A stretch of 64,000 nt of DNA from Flavobacteriales bacterium (lineage in GTDB: Bacteria; Bacteroidota; Bacteroidia; NS11-12g; UBA9320). Positions 1-9,248 of this stretch are shown here, piece by piece. Position 1 is the stretch's first letter, and every line of letters starts with the position of its first letter. Where the stretch lies: assembly GCA_020635455.1 (NCBI GenBank), contig JACJZT010000005.1:137358-201357 (forward strand), written 5' to 3'. Under the pieces are notes generated by a model, which ran no database searches, had not been told where the DNA came from, and saw only the letters and a program-made list of their open reading frames with translations. The position numbers were made by a program, and so were the translations under genes.

Positions 1-92
1 TCCTCTTCTTCCTTTTCTTTGGGAATCGTATCGATTTGTGACATTCCCAAAAAACAACTCAACATCAGGGCAAGGGTGAACAGATATTTCAT
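1..92 (-). CDS. 5' end (about 30 codons) of a secreted-protein gene that runs off the left edge
   Basis: A reverse-strand ATG at 92..90 opens MKYLFTLALMLSCFLGMSQIDTIPKEKEEE, which looks like a signal peptide. There is no stop before position 1. The gene is divergent from uvrB. Confidence 0.3.
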   Translation of the reverse strand, partial: MKYLFTLALMLSCFLGMSQIDTIPKEKEEE

Positions 93-225
93 TTTTTCAA
101 AAATAATTATAAGAAGGTTGAATAACAATAAACTTTAAATTCGGTTTACAAACGGTCTTTCAGCTTTGAAATGCGTTCTAAGAACTTTTTTAACTTCCTC
201 TGCAAATGTATCTTCGCAACCATTC

Positions 226-2256
226 ATGAAATTTATTCTCGAATCCGAATTCAGTCCAACGGGAGACCAGCCAAATGCCATTCAGCAATTGGTTCAGGGC
301 ATTAATGAAGGAGATAAGGACCAGATCCTGCTAGGGGTTACCGGTTCGGGTAAAACATTTACCATCGCAAATGTGATACAGGAGGTGCAAAAACCTACTT
401 TGATCATTAGCCATAACAAAACCCTTGTTGCCCAACTCTATTCTGAATTCAAACACTTTTTTCCAAAAAATTCCGTACAGTTCTTTGTGTCGTATTACGA
501 TTATTATCAGCCTGAGGCCTATCTGCCTACATCCAATACGTACATTGAGAAAGATCTGAATATCAATGAAGAAATTGAGAAAATGAGACTCAAAACCACA
601 TCAGCCCTGCTCTCCGGAAGAAGAGACGTCATTGTGGTGGCTTCGGTTTCATGCATCTACGGTGCCGGTAATCCATACGATTACGAGAGTAGCATTATCC
701 GTTTGGAAACCGGACAAAAAATTGCCAGGAACGTGTTTCTATACAGCCTGGTAGACAGCTTGTACAGTAGAACTACACTGGATTTCAAAAGAGGGACCTT
801 CAGGGTTAACGGAGATACCGTGGATATTTTTCTTGCTTACGAGGATTATGCATTTCGGGTGTCTTTTTTCGGAAATGAAATCGAAGAACTCAGTTCGTTT
901 GATCCTCTTACCGGAAAGACCATCGAGAAACTTGAACATATGGCGATCTTCCCGGCCAATATTTATGTTACCAACCGGGATAGCATGCAACAGGCCATTC
1001 GGGAAATTCAGGACGAACTGGTGGCACAAACCGAATATTTCCGCTCCACCGGAAAAGCGTTGGAAGCAAAAAGACTGGAAGAAAGAACCACTTTTGACCT
1101 CGAAATGATCCGTGAACTGGGTTATTGCAGCGGGATTGAAAATTACAGCCGATTTATGGATAAGCGTAAACCCGGACAAAGACCCTTTTGTTTGCTGGAC
1201 TATTTTCCGGAAGATTACCTTACAGTCATCGATGAAAGCCATGTTACGCTTCCGCAGATCAGAGGAATGTATGGTGGTGACCGAAGCCGCAAACAGAATT
1301 TGGTGGAATATGGTTTCCGGCTGCCCGCAGCACTGGATAACAGACCTTTGAAGTTTGATGAATTTGAAATGATGCAGAGTCAGACGATCTACGTAAGTGC
1401 AACACCCGCAGATTATGAAATGCAAAAATGTGAAGGTATTCTGGTTGAACAACTCATTCGACCAACAGGATTGCTCGATCCGGAAATTGAAGTCAGACCT
1501 CTGCACAATCAGGTGGATGATTTACTGGATGAGATCGACCTGAGGGTGAAAATGGGTGACCGTGTACTGGTAACTACACTTACCAAAAGGATGGCTGAAG
1601 AATTGGATAAATATTTAAGAAATCTCGGAATTAATGCCACTTACATTCATAGTGAAGTTAAAACCCTTGAAAGAGTAGAAATATTAAAAAATCTGCGACT
1701 CGGAAACATTGATGTTCTGGTTGGAGTCAATCTGCTCAGAGAAGGCTTAGACCTGCCCGAAGTATCCATGGTTGCCATACTGGATGCAGACAAGGAAGGT
1801 TTTTTGAGAAGTGAAAGAAGTCTAACGCAAACCATTGGCAGAGCAGCAAGAAACGAAAGAGGAAAAGTAATCATGTATGCAAATACCATCACTCAAAGCA
1901 TGCAAAAAACCATTGATGAGACCAACCGAAGGAGAAAGAGACAAATTGAATACAATCTGGAACACGACATAACCCCAAAAACCATTATCAAAGAAATTGA
2001 GGAATTGATAGAACGGCCGGATCAAAAAGTTTATGGCAGTGGTTCAAGGGCTTACACCGAAAAAGAAGGTGTGGATCTTGCTGCAGATCCGATCCTGGTG
2101 TATATGGGTCTGGATGAATTAAAAAAATTACATGCAGAAACCAAGTCTAAAATGACCAAAGCGGCAAAAGAACTTGACTTTATACAAGCGGCTCAATTCA
2201 GGGATGAATTATTCGAATTGGAAAAAATTATCAAACAAAAGAAAAGATCAGAATAA
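226..2256 (+). CDS. uvrB: excinuclease ABC subunit B
   Basis: Walker A GVTGSGKTF, beta-hairpin region YYDYYQPEAY, helicase motifs, and a C-terminal UVR motif (FIQAAQFRDELFELEK). I prefer the ATG at 226 (MKFILESEF..) over the upstream TTG at 166. Confidence 0.95.
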   Translation: MKFILESEFSPTGDQPNAIQQLVQGINEGDKDQILLGVTGSGKTFTIANVIQEVQKPTLIISHNKTLVAQLYSEFKHFFPKNSVQFFVSYYDYYQPEAYLPTSNTYIEKDLNINEEIEKMRLKTTSALLSGRRDVIVVASVSCIYGAGNPYDYESSIIRLETGQKIARNVFLYSLVDSLYSRTTLDFKRGTFRVNGDTVDIFLAYEDYAFRVSFFGNEIEELSSFDPLTGKTIEKLEHMAIFPANIYVTNRDSMQQAIREIQDELVAQTEYFRSTGKALEAKRLEERTTFDLEMIRELGYCSGIENYSRFMDKRKPGQRPFCLLDYFPEDYLTVIDESHVTLPQIRGMYGGDRSRKQNLVEYGFRLPAALDNRPLKFDEFEMMQSQTIYVSATPADYEMQKCEGILVEQLIRPTGLLDPEIEVRPLHNQVDDLLDEIDLRVKMGDRVLVTTLTKRMAEELDKYLRNLGINATYIHSEVKTLERVEILKNLRLGNIDVLVGVNLLREGLDLPEVSMVAILDADKEGFLRSERSLTQTIGRAARNERGKVIMYANTITQSMQKTIDETNRRRKRQIEYNLEHDITPKTIIKEIEELIERPDQKVYGSGSRAYTEKEGVDLAADPILVYMGLDELKKLHAETKSKMTKAAKELDFIQAAQFRDELFELEKIIKQKKRSE

Positions 2257-2321
2257 GGACTGGTGGCATATATTACATTCCTTATACATTTTTAACATAT
2301 CCATAACGTTTCTATACATTC

Positions 2322-4094
2322 ATGCCCGTCAGGAAGTTAATTATGATATTGGTGTTGATGAGCAGTAAATTGCTGTTTGCCCAAAATAAAATCACCCTGA
2401 TCTCAAAAAAGGACTTACCGGAAGGTATTCAGTTAGAAAAAATCGTTTCGGGTAAAAAAGCAGCAGAACTGGAATGCATAAAAGCGGTGAACCGAATGAT
2501 GAACCTGGGATATCTGCTTGCCTCCTGCGACAGTATTTTATTGAAGAACGATACAGCGTATATTGATTTTTATGTTGGAAGGATCTATGCATGGGGCGAT
2601 GTCAAATTTAAATACCTACCCAAGGAAATGATCAGGCAGTTTGGTTTTGACAAAACCACCAACGGAATTGTAAATCTCGAAAACTATAAAAAGTCGATGA
2701 ACAAAACCCTGATCCATTTTGAAAATAAGGGTTATCCATTTGCTTATTTTTATTGGGATTCCATTCGTGTTTCCAACGATTCCATCATGGGTTCGCTCAG
2801 GTTTGAAAAAAACATTGCCATCACCTTCGATACGCTTGCCATATATGGCGACGCAGGAGTGAACAAGCAGTTCCTTTACAATTATTTAGGGTTTAAACCC
2901 GGCCAATTGTATGAAGAAAACATTGTTAAAAAAATACCTAAAAAAATGTCCGGATTGCCGTTTACTTCCATGTTGAACAAACCGCAGATATATTTTGTAA
3001 ATCAGAAGGCTATCGTTCTTCTGAACCTAAAGAAAAGAGCCACCGACAGACTTGATGGTATTGTTGGTTTTGCACCCAATACGGGAACGCCCGACAATTC
3101 AAAATTACTCGTTACCGGCGAATTTCATCTTGATTTTAAAAACCTCAAAGGAAGCGGTATTGGTTTGAGGCTTGACTGGCAAAGCTTTCAGGCCAGAAGT
3201 CAGGCTTTAAATGCAGGAATTGTACTACCCTACATTTTGAATCAACCCATAGGAGCAGATCTTTCAGCGGATTTTTTAAAATACGATACCTTTTACACCG
3301 AAACCAGATTCAACATTGGAATGCAATATCTTTATTCGGGTCTCAACAACCTTCGCATCTATTATGAGCAAAAAAATACCAACCTGATTTCGGTCGACAC
3401 TTTCAACATTCGATCAACCGGTAAGATTTCAGACAAGACAGCAATGAGGTCGAATCGTTACGGACTTGCTCTTTCCGACAATACTTTCGACAACAGACTT
3501 AGTCCCCAAAAAGGCTCGAGTACGGAAATCAACCTTTCAGTATTTAAAAGAACCATTCTTAAGGATGACCGAATAAGTCGGGTAAAATTCTACGATACAA
3601 AAAGTAAATCGTATTACACGGTTTACGATTCAATGGAATTGGTAAATTTTCAGTTTTTGCTGCAATATCAGTTTTCAAAGGCCATAAAATTTTATAAAAA
3701 ACTTGTTCTCTTCCCGGAACTTAAGGGTTTTCATTTACTTTCTCCCAATCTGTATTTTAATGAATTGACCCGTTTTGGAGGAAACTATACCCTAAGAGGA
3801 TTTAATGAACAATCGCTGTTTGCAAGCTCATTAAATATTTTTAATCTGGAAATACGTTATTTGCTGTCTGAAAATTCATTTTTAAAACTCTTCGGAAATG
3901 CGGCCTACTATGAGGATAAAAGTAACAGACCAAACAAGATCGAAAAGGATGTTCCATACGGATTTGGAGGAGGCATTAATTTAGAGACCGCAGGTGGGAT
4001 TTTTAACATTAGTGTAGCTTTGGGAAAATCAAAATTCAATCCGATAGATTTCAAAAACGCCAAGATACATTTTGGCCTGGTAAATTATTTTTAA
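2322..4094 (+). CDS. Omp85/BamA-superfamily outer-membrane protein
   Basis: Signal peptide (..LLFAQ). The protein is 590 aa with beta-strand-rich alternating sequence and a C-terminus ending ..HFGLVNYF, a beta-barrel signature with a terminal Phe. Its stop overlaps the next start by 1 nt (TAATG). Confidence 0.55.
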   Translation: MPVRKLIMILVLMSSKLLFAQNKITLISKKDLPEGIQLEKIVSGKKAAELECIKAVNRMMNLGYLLASCDSILLKNDTAYIDFYVGRIYAWGDVKFKYLPKEMIRQFGFDKTTNGIVNLENYKKSMNKTLIHFENKGYPFAYFYWDSIRVSNDSIMGSLRFEKNIAITFDTLAIYGDAGVNKQFLYNYLGFKPGQLYEENIVKKIPKKMSGLPFTSMLNKPQIYFVNQKAIVLLNLKKRATDRLDGIVGFAPNTGTPDNSKLLVTGEFHLDFKNLKGSGIGLRLDWQSFQARSQALNAGIVLPYILNQPIGADLSADFLKYDTFYTETRFNIGMQYLYSGLNNLRIYYEQKNTNLISVDTFNIRSTGKISDKTAMRSNRYGLALSDNTFDNRLSPQKGSSTEINLSVFKRTILKDDRISRVKFYDTKSKSYYTVYDSMELVNFQFLLQYQFSKAIKFYKKLVLFPELKGFHLLSPNLYFNELTRFGGNYTLRGFNEQSLFASSLNIFNLEIRYLLSENSFLKLFGNAAYYEDKSNRPNKIEKDVPYGFGGGINLETAGGIFNISVALGKSKFNPIDFKNAKIHFGLVNYF

Positions 4095-4975
4095 TGAAAT
4101 ACCTTATTGCCATATTGAATTTTTGCCTGATTGCCGGAAATCTAAGAGCCGATTCAACCGATCTGATCCTAAATGACAGCAGTGCACCTGCAGTATTAAA
4201 TGTTACGGATTCCGAAGCAGATAGTCAGGTATTCATGAATACCGTAAAGCCAGAACCTGAAGAAAGCGACTCAGTGGTAAACGGAGAGATTCTTCCTGAA
4301 GCGGTAAGCCGAACCCAAAACAAAGAGGTCTGGGTTTTTGTGGTATGTTGCCTCACATTTTTCCTTGCCGGACTCAATCGACGCATAAACGAGAAAAAAC
4401 ACGATCAATCGGTTCTGGGTTTTCTGAATTTTAATTTCATCGGTCAAGCAATGGACCGGTCCTTTTATGAATTCAATATACACCAGTTGTTTAGTTTTAT
4501 TGTACACAACCTTATTCTTGCACTATGGTGCTTTTATTTTCTGAAGGACAGTGAACTGAAATTTGTACCCAACAACTTGCTTTTTTTCACCTTATTATTC
4601 TTTTTTATCGCGCTTGTTTACCTGTTTAAATTCTTTTTTCAATACCTGTCCTTAAATATTTTACAAATTAATGACCTTCCGGTTTTATTGGTAAAATGTA
4701 CGGTTGGTTTGGGTTATCTGGCATTGCTGATCTCTCTTCCGGTATTCATGGCCCTATATTACATGGAGTCGGTTGAGTGGAGCTCGGTACTGATGAATAC
4801 ATTTGCAATATTAATGCTGGGGTATCTTAGCTTTCGTTCAATAAAGTATGCCCAACTGTTCATGCAGTTTTTTAGAACAAGTATTGTATACAATATTATT
4901 TATTTTTGCGGCTTGGAATTAATTCCTCTGTTGGTTTTCATCAAACTGAGCATGGGAATTTTTCAGGTAAACTAA
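4094..4975 (+). CDS. polytopic membrane protein, DUF4271-like
   Basis: Acidic N-terminal region followed by about 6 hydrophobic helices. It sits immediately upstream of a hemD-like gene, which is where I recall Bacteroidota DUF4271 genes lying. Confidence 0.5.
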   Translation: MKYLIAILNFCLIAGNLRADSTDLILNDSSAPAVLNVTDSEADSQVFMNTVKPEPEESDSVVNGEILPEAVSRTQNKEVWVFVVCCLTFFLAGLNRRINEKKHDQSVLGFLNFNFIGQAMDRSFYEFNIHQLFSFIVHNLILALWCFYFLKDSELKFVPNNLLFFTLLFFFIALVYLFKFFFQYLSLNILQINDLPVLLVKCTVGLGYLALLISLPVFMALYYMESVEWSSVLMNTFAILMLGYLSFRSIKYAQLFMQFFRTSIVYNIIYFCGLELIPLLVFIKLSMGIFQVN

Positions 4976-4987
4976 AAATTTAATAAA

Positions 4988-5734
4988 TTGAAAATTAAAA
5001 GCATTCTCGTTTCACAACCCGACCCGGGCGACAAGAGGACCATTTACCACACCTTAGCTGAAAAATTCAATTTAAAATTAGATTACAGACCTTTTATCGA
5101 GCTCGAAAGCATTCCCGGTAAGGAATTGCGCAAACAAAAGATCAATATCCTGGATTACTCTGCCATCATCTTTAATTCCAGAAATGCAGTAGACAATTTT
5201 TTCAGAGTTGTTGAAGAGCTCAAAGTAGATCTGCCTATTACAATGAAATACTTTTGTTTCAACGAAGGCATTTCACTTTACATACAAAAATATACCGTAC
5301 TTAGAAAACGAAAGGTTTTTTACGGAAAAGGTTCTGAAAAAGAATTTCTGGCGGAAATTAAAAAACACCACGACGAACACTATCTGTTTCCGTGTTCCGA
5401 TATTAGAAAGGCGACCATACCTGATTTCCTGATTGAGAATAATATAAAACATCAGGAAGCTATTTTTTATAAAACGGTTACCTCTGACCTAAGTGACCTG
5501 GCAGATGTGTATTACGACATCATTGTATTTTTCAGTCCGGCAGATATAAAATCGCTCTTCGATAATTTTCCTGATTTTAAACAAAACAACACCAATATTG
5601 CAGGTTTTGGCAGAACAACGGACCTGGCCATACTTGAGGCCGGCTTGGTAAATAACATCAAGGCCCCCACACCGGATTGCCCCAGCATGGTTTCTGCCTT
5701 AGAAAAGTTTATACTTGCTTCCAACAAAAATTAA
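4988..5734 (+). CDS. hemD: uroporphyrinogen-III synthase (HemD-like)
   Basis: 248 aa with an N-terminus SILVSQPDPGDK..Y..L typical of Bacteroidota HemD-family proteins. TTG start. Confidence 0.65.
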   Translation: MKIKSILVSQPDPGDKRTIYHTLAEKFNLKLDYRPFIELESIPGKELRKQKINILDYSAIIFNSRNAVDNFFRVVEELKVDLPITMKYFCFNEGISLYIQKYTVLRKRKVFYGKGSEKEFLAEIKKHHDEHYLFPCSDIRKATIPDFLIENNIKHQEAIFYKTVTSDLSDLADVYYDIIVFFSPADIKSLFDNFPDFKQNNTNIAGFGRTTDLAILEAGLVNNIKAPTPDCPSMVSALEKFILASNKN

Positions 5735-6936
5735 TCTCCGCAACTGAGCAGGTGGTACATCCACCTTTTCCCTTCCATATCTGTTGCAAAAAACAAGAAG
5801 TTCTTTCCCGGCTTCTTTAATCCATACCTTTTTCGCAGATCATCCGGCTTTTCAAGGAAATTTCTGACCGTTATATCCGCCCGGTCAATTTGGTTCATTT
5901 TTAAATATTCCTGAATGAACTTAGGCTTATACACGATCTTTTGCAATACTTTAAAAGTCCTTCCCATGAAGTTGTTGAGCAATAAATCGGAAACGAAAAA
6001 GTACGTGTTCGGGCCGAGCATCTTAAGATTGTTCACCGCAGCATAACAAGCAGCAAGTTCAGCCTTAATGATGGAATTATCTGGTTCATATAAATATTGC
6101 CCTTCAGATGAATATTCCGGTTTTAGAACGGCCTTTCCGCTTTTGAATTTTTGCAATCCTTTTGGCGAGATCTTTATGGCTTCCGTTTGAGGAGATTTGT
6201 TTTTTTGAGAAGAGATTTTCAAACATATCAGTAATTCTTTTACTTCCTCCTGAAAGGAAATTACCAATATACGGGATAGTTGTGGAAACGTATTTTTAAG
6301 GTAGGTAAGGTCTATTAAGGGCGAAAGTTTTACCCATACCTCTCCGCCAAGGGAAAGCATCCGTTCAATATTTGAAAGAACATCCGGCCGGCAATGTTCG
6401 AGTTTAAAAACCCTTCCTTCACCGGGTCTACGGTCCGGATCAAGATAAATCAGGTCATACCTCCGACCCGTTTTTAAAAATTCAATACCATCGCACAAAT
6501 GTCTTTTTACATTTTTTATTCCAAGACGACCGAGGTTGAATAAGGCAATTTCATGAATATCCGGGTCGATTTCACAGGAGTCGATATGCTTTGCCAATGT
6601 TGAAAAAGCCCAGTCATCAACCCCCAGACCTCCGCATAAATTTAATATCTTTTTGGATTCAAGGTCCATCTCTCTTGCCTTTAATTCAGCTACACTCTCA
6701 GAGGTGCTTTGTTCAAATGATTTTGCATTCAGGGCGGCTCTAAATTTGTAATGTACAGGTAATTTTATTTTAGCTTTTTGATAAAGAGAAATCAGTGTGG
6801 CGGCCGCTTTAACATCAATATCAGGGTATTTTGAAGCGTTTAAGGCGAGTTGTTTTACATCGCTGTTCAAATGCCTCTCAATAAAATCAGACAAAGTTTC
6901 GTTCTTTAATAAGTTAATTATTGTTTTACTTTGCAC
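5731..6936 (-). CDS. class I SAM-dependent methyltransferase with THUMP-like C-terminal region
   Basis: SAM motif I LNLCGGLGVDDWAF and motif YLDPDRRP. GTG start. There is a 4-nt convergent overlap with the hemD-like gene. Confidence 0.6.
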   Translation of the reverse strand: MQSKTIINLLKNETLSDFIERHLNSDVKQLALNASKYPDIDVKAAATLISLYQKAKIKLPVHYKFRAALNAKSFEQSTSESVAELKAREMDLESKKILNLCGGLGVDDWAFSTLAKHIDSCEIDPDIHEIALFNLGRLGIKNVKRHLCDGIEFLKTGRRYDLIYLDPDRRPGEGRVFKLEHCRPDVLSNIERMLSLGGEVWVKLSPLIDLTYLKNTFPQLSRILVISFQEEVKELLICLKISSQKNKSPQTEAIKISPKGLQKFKSGKAVLKPEYSSEGQYLYEPDNSIIKAELAACYAAVNNLKMLGPNTYFFVSDLLLNNFMGRTFKVLQKIVYKPKFIQEYLKMNQIDRADITVRNFLEKPDDLRKRYGLKKPGKNFLFFATDMEGKRWMYHLLSCGD

Positions 6937-6950
6937 TAATATTTTAAATT

Positions 6951-7064
6951 ATGAAGATTAAAAATGTGATTTTATTGGCCTTATTGGCATTGTGTTTGGG
7001 TTTTGCTTCATGTAAATCCGGTGGTTTTGGCAGAAAGGACAAGTGTCCCGGTATGAATATGTGA
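6951..7064 (+). CDS. 37-aa putative lipoprotein (not in the ORF track)
   Basis: An ATG at 6951 encodes MKIKNVILLALLALCLGFASCKSGGFGRKDKCPGMNM followed by a stop. This is a textbook signal peptide plus lipobox (GFAS|C). It lies in the 182-nt gap between two minus-strand genes. Confidence 0.35.
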   Translation: MKIKNVILLALLALCLGFASCKSGGFGRKDKCPGMNM

Positions 7065-7118
7065 TCCGGATAGAACGATCTCACGTCTTCATCCCGAATT
7101 TTCATCCAAACGATCGGA

Positions 7119-7529
7119 TCAGTAATATTCAAACGTAACAGTTTGAAGTATATCTGCTGAAAGACTTTTGGCTACCGGACAATTAATGGCTGCTTCTTCG
7201 AGGATTTCTTTCTGAGCATCCGTAAAGTCCAGATCTTCCACACGGAGGTTTATTACAATTTCACTTATCCTTCTTGGATTGTCGGCCATAATTTTATCAA
7301 TTGAGGCAAACATATCGCCTACCTTGAAATTGTTTGCTTTGGATTTAATTCCCATTAAGGTCATCATGCAATTGCCAAGCGCATTGCTTACAAGATCGGT
7401 AGGTGAGAACGATTCGCCTGTTCCGTGATTGTCCACCGGAGCATCTGTGTTTATTTCAACTCCCGATTGTAAATGTTTTGAAACCGTTCGTAAATTACCC
7501 TTATAGCTAATTTCTGAAATTTTAGTCAT
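7119..7529 (-). CDS. osmC: OsmC/Ohr-family peroxiredoxin-like protein
   Basis: 136 aa with the two family cysteines in GNCMMTL and INCPVAKSL. Confidence 0.85.
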   Translation of the reverse strand: MTKISEISYKGNLRTVSKHLQSGVEINTDAPVDNHGTGESFSPTDLVSNALGNCMMTLMGIKSKANNFKVGDMFASIDKIMADNPRRISEIVINLRVEDLDFTDAQKEILEEAAINCPVAKSLSADILQTVTFEYY

Positions 7530-7556
7530 TTGTTGTATCTATGTATTAAGGTTTAT

Positions 7557-7564
7557 CAAAATTA
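7557..7564 (-). promoter_or_regulatory. Bacteroidota -7 box (TAATTTTG) upstream of osmC
   Basis: Plus-strand CAAAATTA gives TAnnTTTG on the minus strand, 28 nt upstream of the osmC ATG. Confidence 0.35.
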
Positions 7565-7584
7565 ATATTATTTTTACACAACCA

Positions 7585-8307
7585 ATGCCCAGATACCCCT
7601 TATTTACACTGATTATTTTCATTGCTTTCACCAGCTTTGGACAGATCGGTGAAAAGTCATTTTTCGGGGGAGTTCTCTATAAATCATCCGGTCTTGGTCT
7701 TGCCTTTCAAAGTAAGACCGAAATCAATGAAAAAATGGGCAAACAGATCGATCTCGAACTTTCTACCTTCCGCCATCCACAGGAAGTTAAGACCTTTAAT
7801 ACAGAGATCAGTAACCCAACTCCTTATGTTTACGGAAAATTAAACAAGGCTGCATTGCTCAAACTTTATTACTCTAGGTCGTATAAACTAACCCAGTTTA
7901 ACGATGCACAGCGCGTGGGAGTGGATGTTACCTTTGGAGGAGGCCTTATACTTGCTTTCCTGAAACCGGTTTACATCAATCTTATCTATCCCGACAACCT
8001 TGGTTCAGAAACCATCGTATCCGAAAAGTACGATCCCGATAAGCACAAAGATAAAAATCAAATAGCCGGATATTCCAATGGAAGACTGGGGTGGAACGAA
8101 CTTGCAACAAGGCCCGGACTGCACCTGTCTGCCGGAGCCGGATTTACCTGGGGATATTTTACAAATTACCCGAAGCGTCTCGAAACAGGCTTTTATGTTG
8201 AGGCCTTTAATTCGGGCTTGCCTTTAATGGCTTTTGCGAAGAATAAACCTTTAAATGAAGGTGTTTATGTGAAACTCTTTATCGGTAAAAGAAATTATAA
8301 GAATTAA
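7585..8307 (+). CDS. hypothetical secreted or outer-membrane protein
   Basis: Signal peptide MPRYPLFTLIIFIAFTSFGQ. 240 aa, rich in Gly and aromatic residues in a beta-strand-like pattern. Confidence 0.5.
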   Translation: MPRYPLFTLIIFIAFTSFGQIGEKSFFGGVLYKSSGLGLAFQSKTEINEKMGKQIDLELSTFRHPQEVKTFNTEISNPTPYVYGKLNKAALLKLYYSRSYKLTQFNDAQRVGVDVTFGGGLILAFLKPVYINLIYPDNLGSETIVSEKYDPDKHKDKNQIAGYSNGRLGWNELATRPGLHLSAGAGFTWGYFTNYPKRLETGFYVEAFNSGLPLMAFAKNKPLNEGVYVKLFIGKRNYKN

Positions 8308-8342
8308 GCATTTGAATTGATACATTAATTGCATTAAAAAAA

Positions 8343-8350
8343 TATATTTG
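8343..8350 (+). promoter_or_regulatory. -7 box TATATTTG upstream of lipA
   Basis: Exact TAnnTTTG match ending 11 nt before the lipA ATG (8362). Confidence 0.35.
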
Positions 8351-8361
8351 CGGAATTAAGC

Positions 8362-9231
8362 ATGTTTGAAACCCCTACCTTAGACAGACCCAATAAAAGA
8401 ACCAAGCCGGACTGGCTTAAGGTTAAAATTCCAGGGGGGACTGAATACAGTAAAGTTAAACAGATCGTAAAGGACAATTCGCTACACACGATATGCCAGG
8501 ACGGTAATTGTCCCAATATGGCTGAATGCTGGGGTGTTGGAACGGCCACACTTATGATCCTTGGAAACATTTGTACCCGGTCCTGCTCATTTTGTGCAGT
8601 ACTAACCGGCCGACCAAATGAATACGATCTGAATGAACCCGACAGAGTGGCCGAAGCGGTACGAAAGATGCAACTGAAACATTGTGTGATCACCTCAGTA
8701 AACAGAGATGAACTAAGCGACAAAGGAAGTTTGGTTTGGGCATTGACCATTCGCAGAATTAAAGAATTGAATCCGGAAACGACCATCGAAACCCTTATCC
8801 CGGATTTTAAGGCTGACTGGGAAGCATTGTACAGAGTAACCGATGAAAAACCGGAGGTGATCTCCCACAATATGGAAACCGTTAAGAGACTCTACCGCAT
8901 GGTGCGCCCTCAGGCGAAATACGAAAGAAGTCTGGAGCAGATCAAAAGAACCCGTGAAAAGGGAATCAGAACCAAAAGCGGAATTATGGTGGGATTGGGT
9001 GAGACGGAAGATGAGGTTTTTGAAATTATGTCAGACCTCCTTAAGAACGGATGCAATGTACTTACCATAGGTCAGTATCTGCAACCAACAAAAATGCATT
9101 TAACGGTGAAGGAATTTGTAAGTCCTGAACAGTTTGGAAAATATAAAACAATCGGAGAAGATATGGGTTTTGATATTGTTGAATCGGGACCTATGGTTCG
9201 CTCCTCATACCATGCAGAAAAACACATTTAA
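8362..9231 (+). CDS. lipA: lipoyl synthase
   Basis: N-terminal auxiliary cluster motif [13 protein letters not shown] and radical-SAM motif CTRSCSFC. Confidence 0.95.
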   Translation: MFETPTLDRPNKRTKPDWLKVKIPGGTEYSKVKQIVKDNSLHTICQDGNCPNMAECWGVGTATLMILGNICTRSCSFCAVLTGRPNEYDLNEPDRVAEAVRKMQLKHCVITSVNRDELSDKGSLVWALTIRRIKELNPETTIETLIPDFKADWEALYRVTDEKPEVISHNMETVKRLYRMVRPQAKYERSLEQIKRTREKGIRTKSGIMVGLGETEDEVFEIMSDLLKNGCNVLTIGQYLQPTKMHLTVKEFVSPEQFGKYKTIGEDMGFDIVESGPMVRSSYHAEKHI

Positions 9232-9248
9232 ACATTAAAACAATAATT

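Noticed and set aside
739-1506. 255-aa minus-strand ORF inside uvrB, plus the similar smaller ORFs at 833..1108, 1112..1351 and 1647..2025
   Set aside because: It lies entirely within the strongly supported uvrB frame, has no recognisable motifs, and has the composition typical of an antisense or shadow frame.
6944-7132. 62-aa minus-strand ORF in the methyltransferase/osmC gap
   Set aside because: It overlaps the osmC stop and has no features. The opposite-strand 37-aa lipoprotein ORF explains the region better.
8334-8870. 178-aa minus-strand ORF overlapping lipA
   Set aside because: It is a shadow of a confidently identified radical-SAM gene, Ser/Leu-rich, and has no features of its own.
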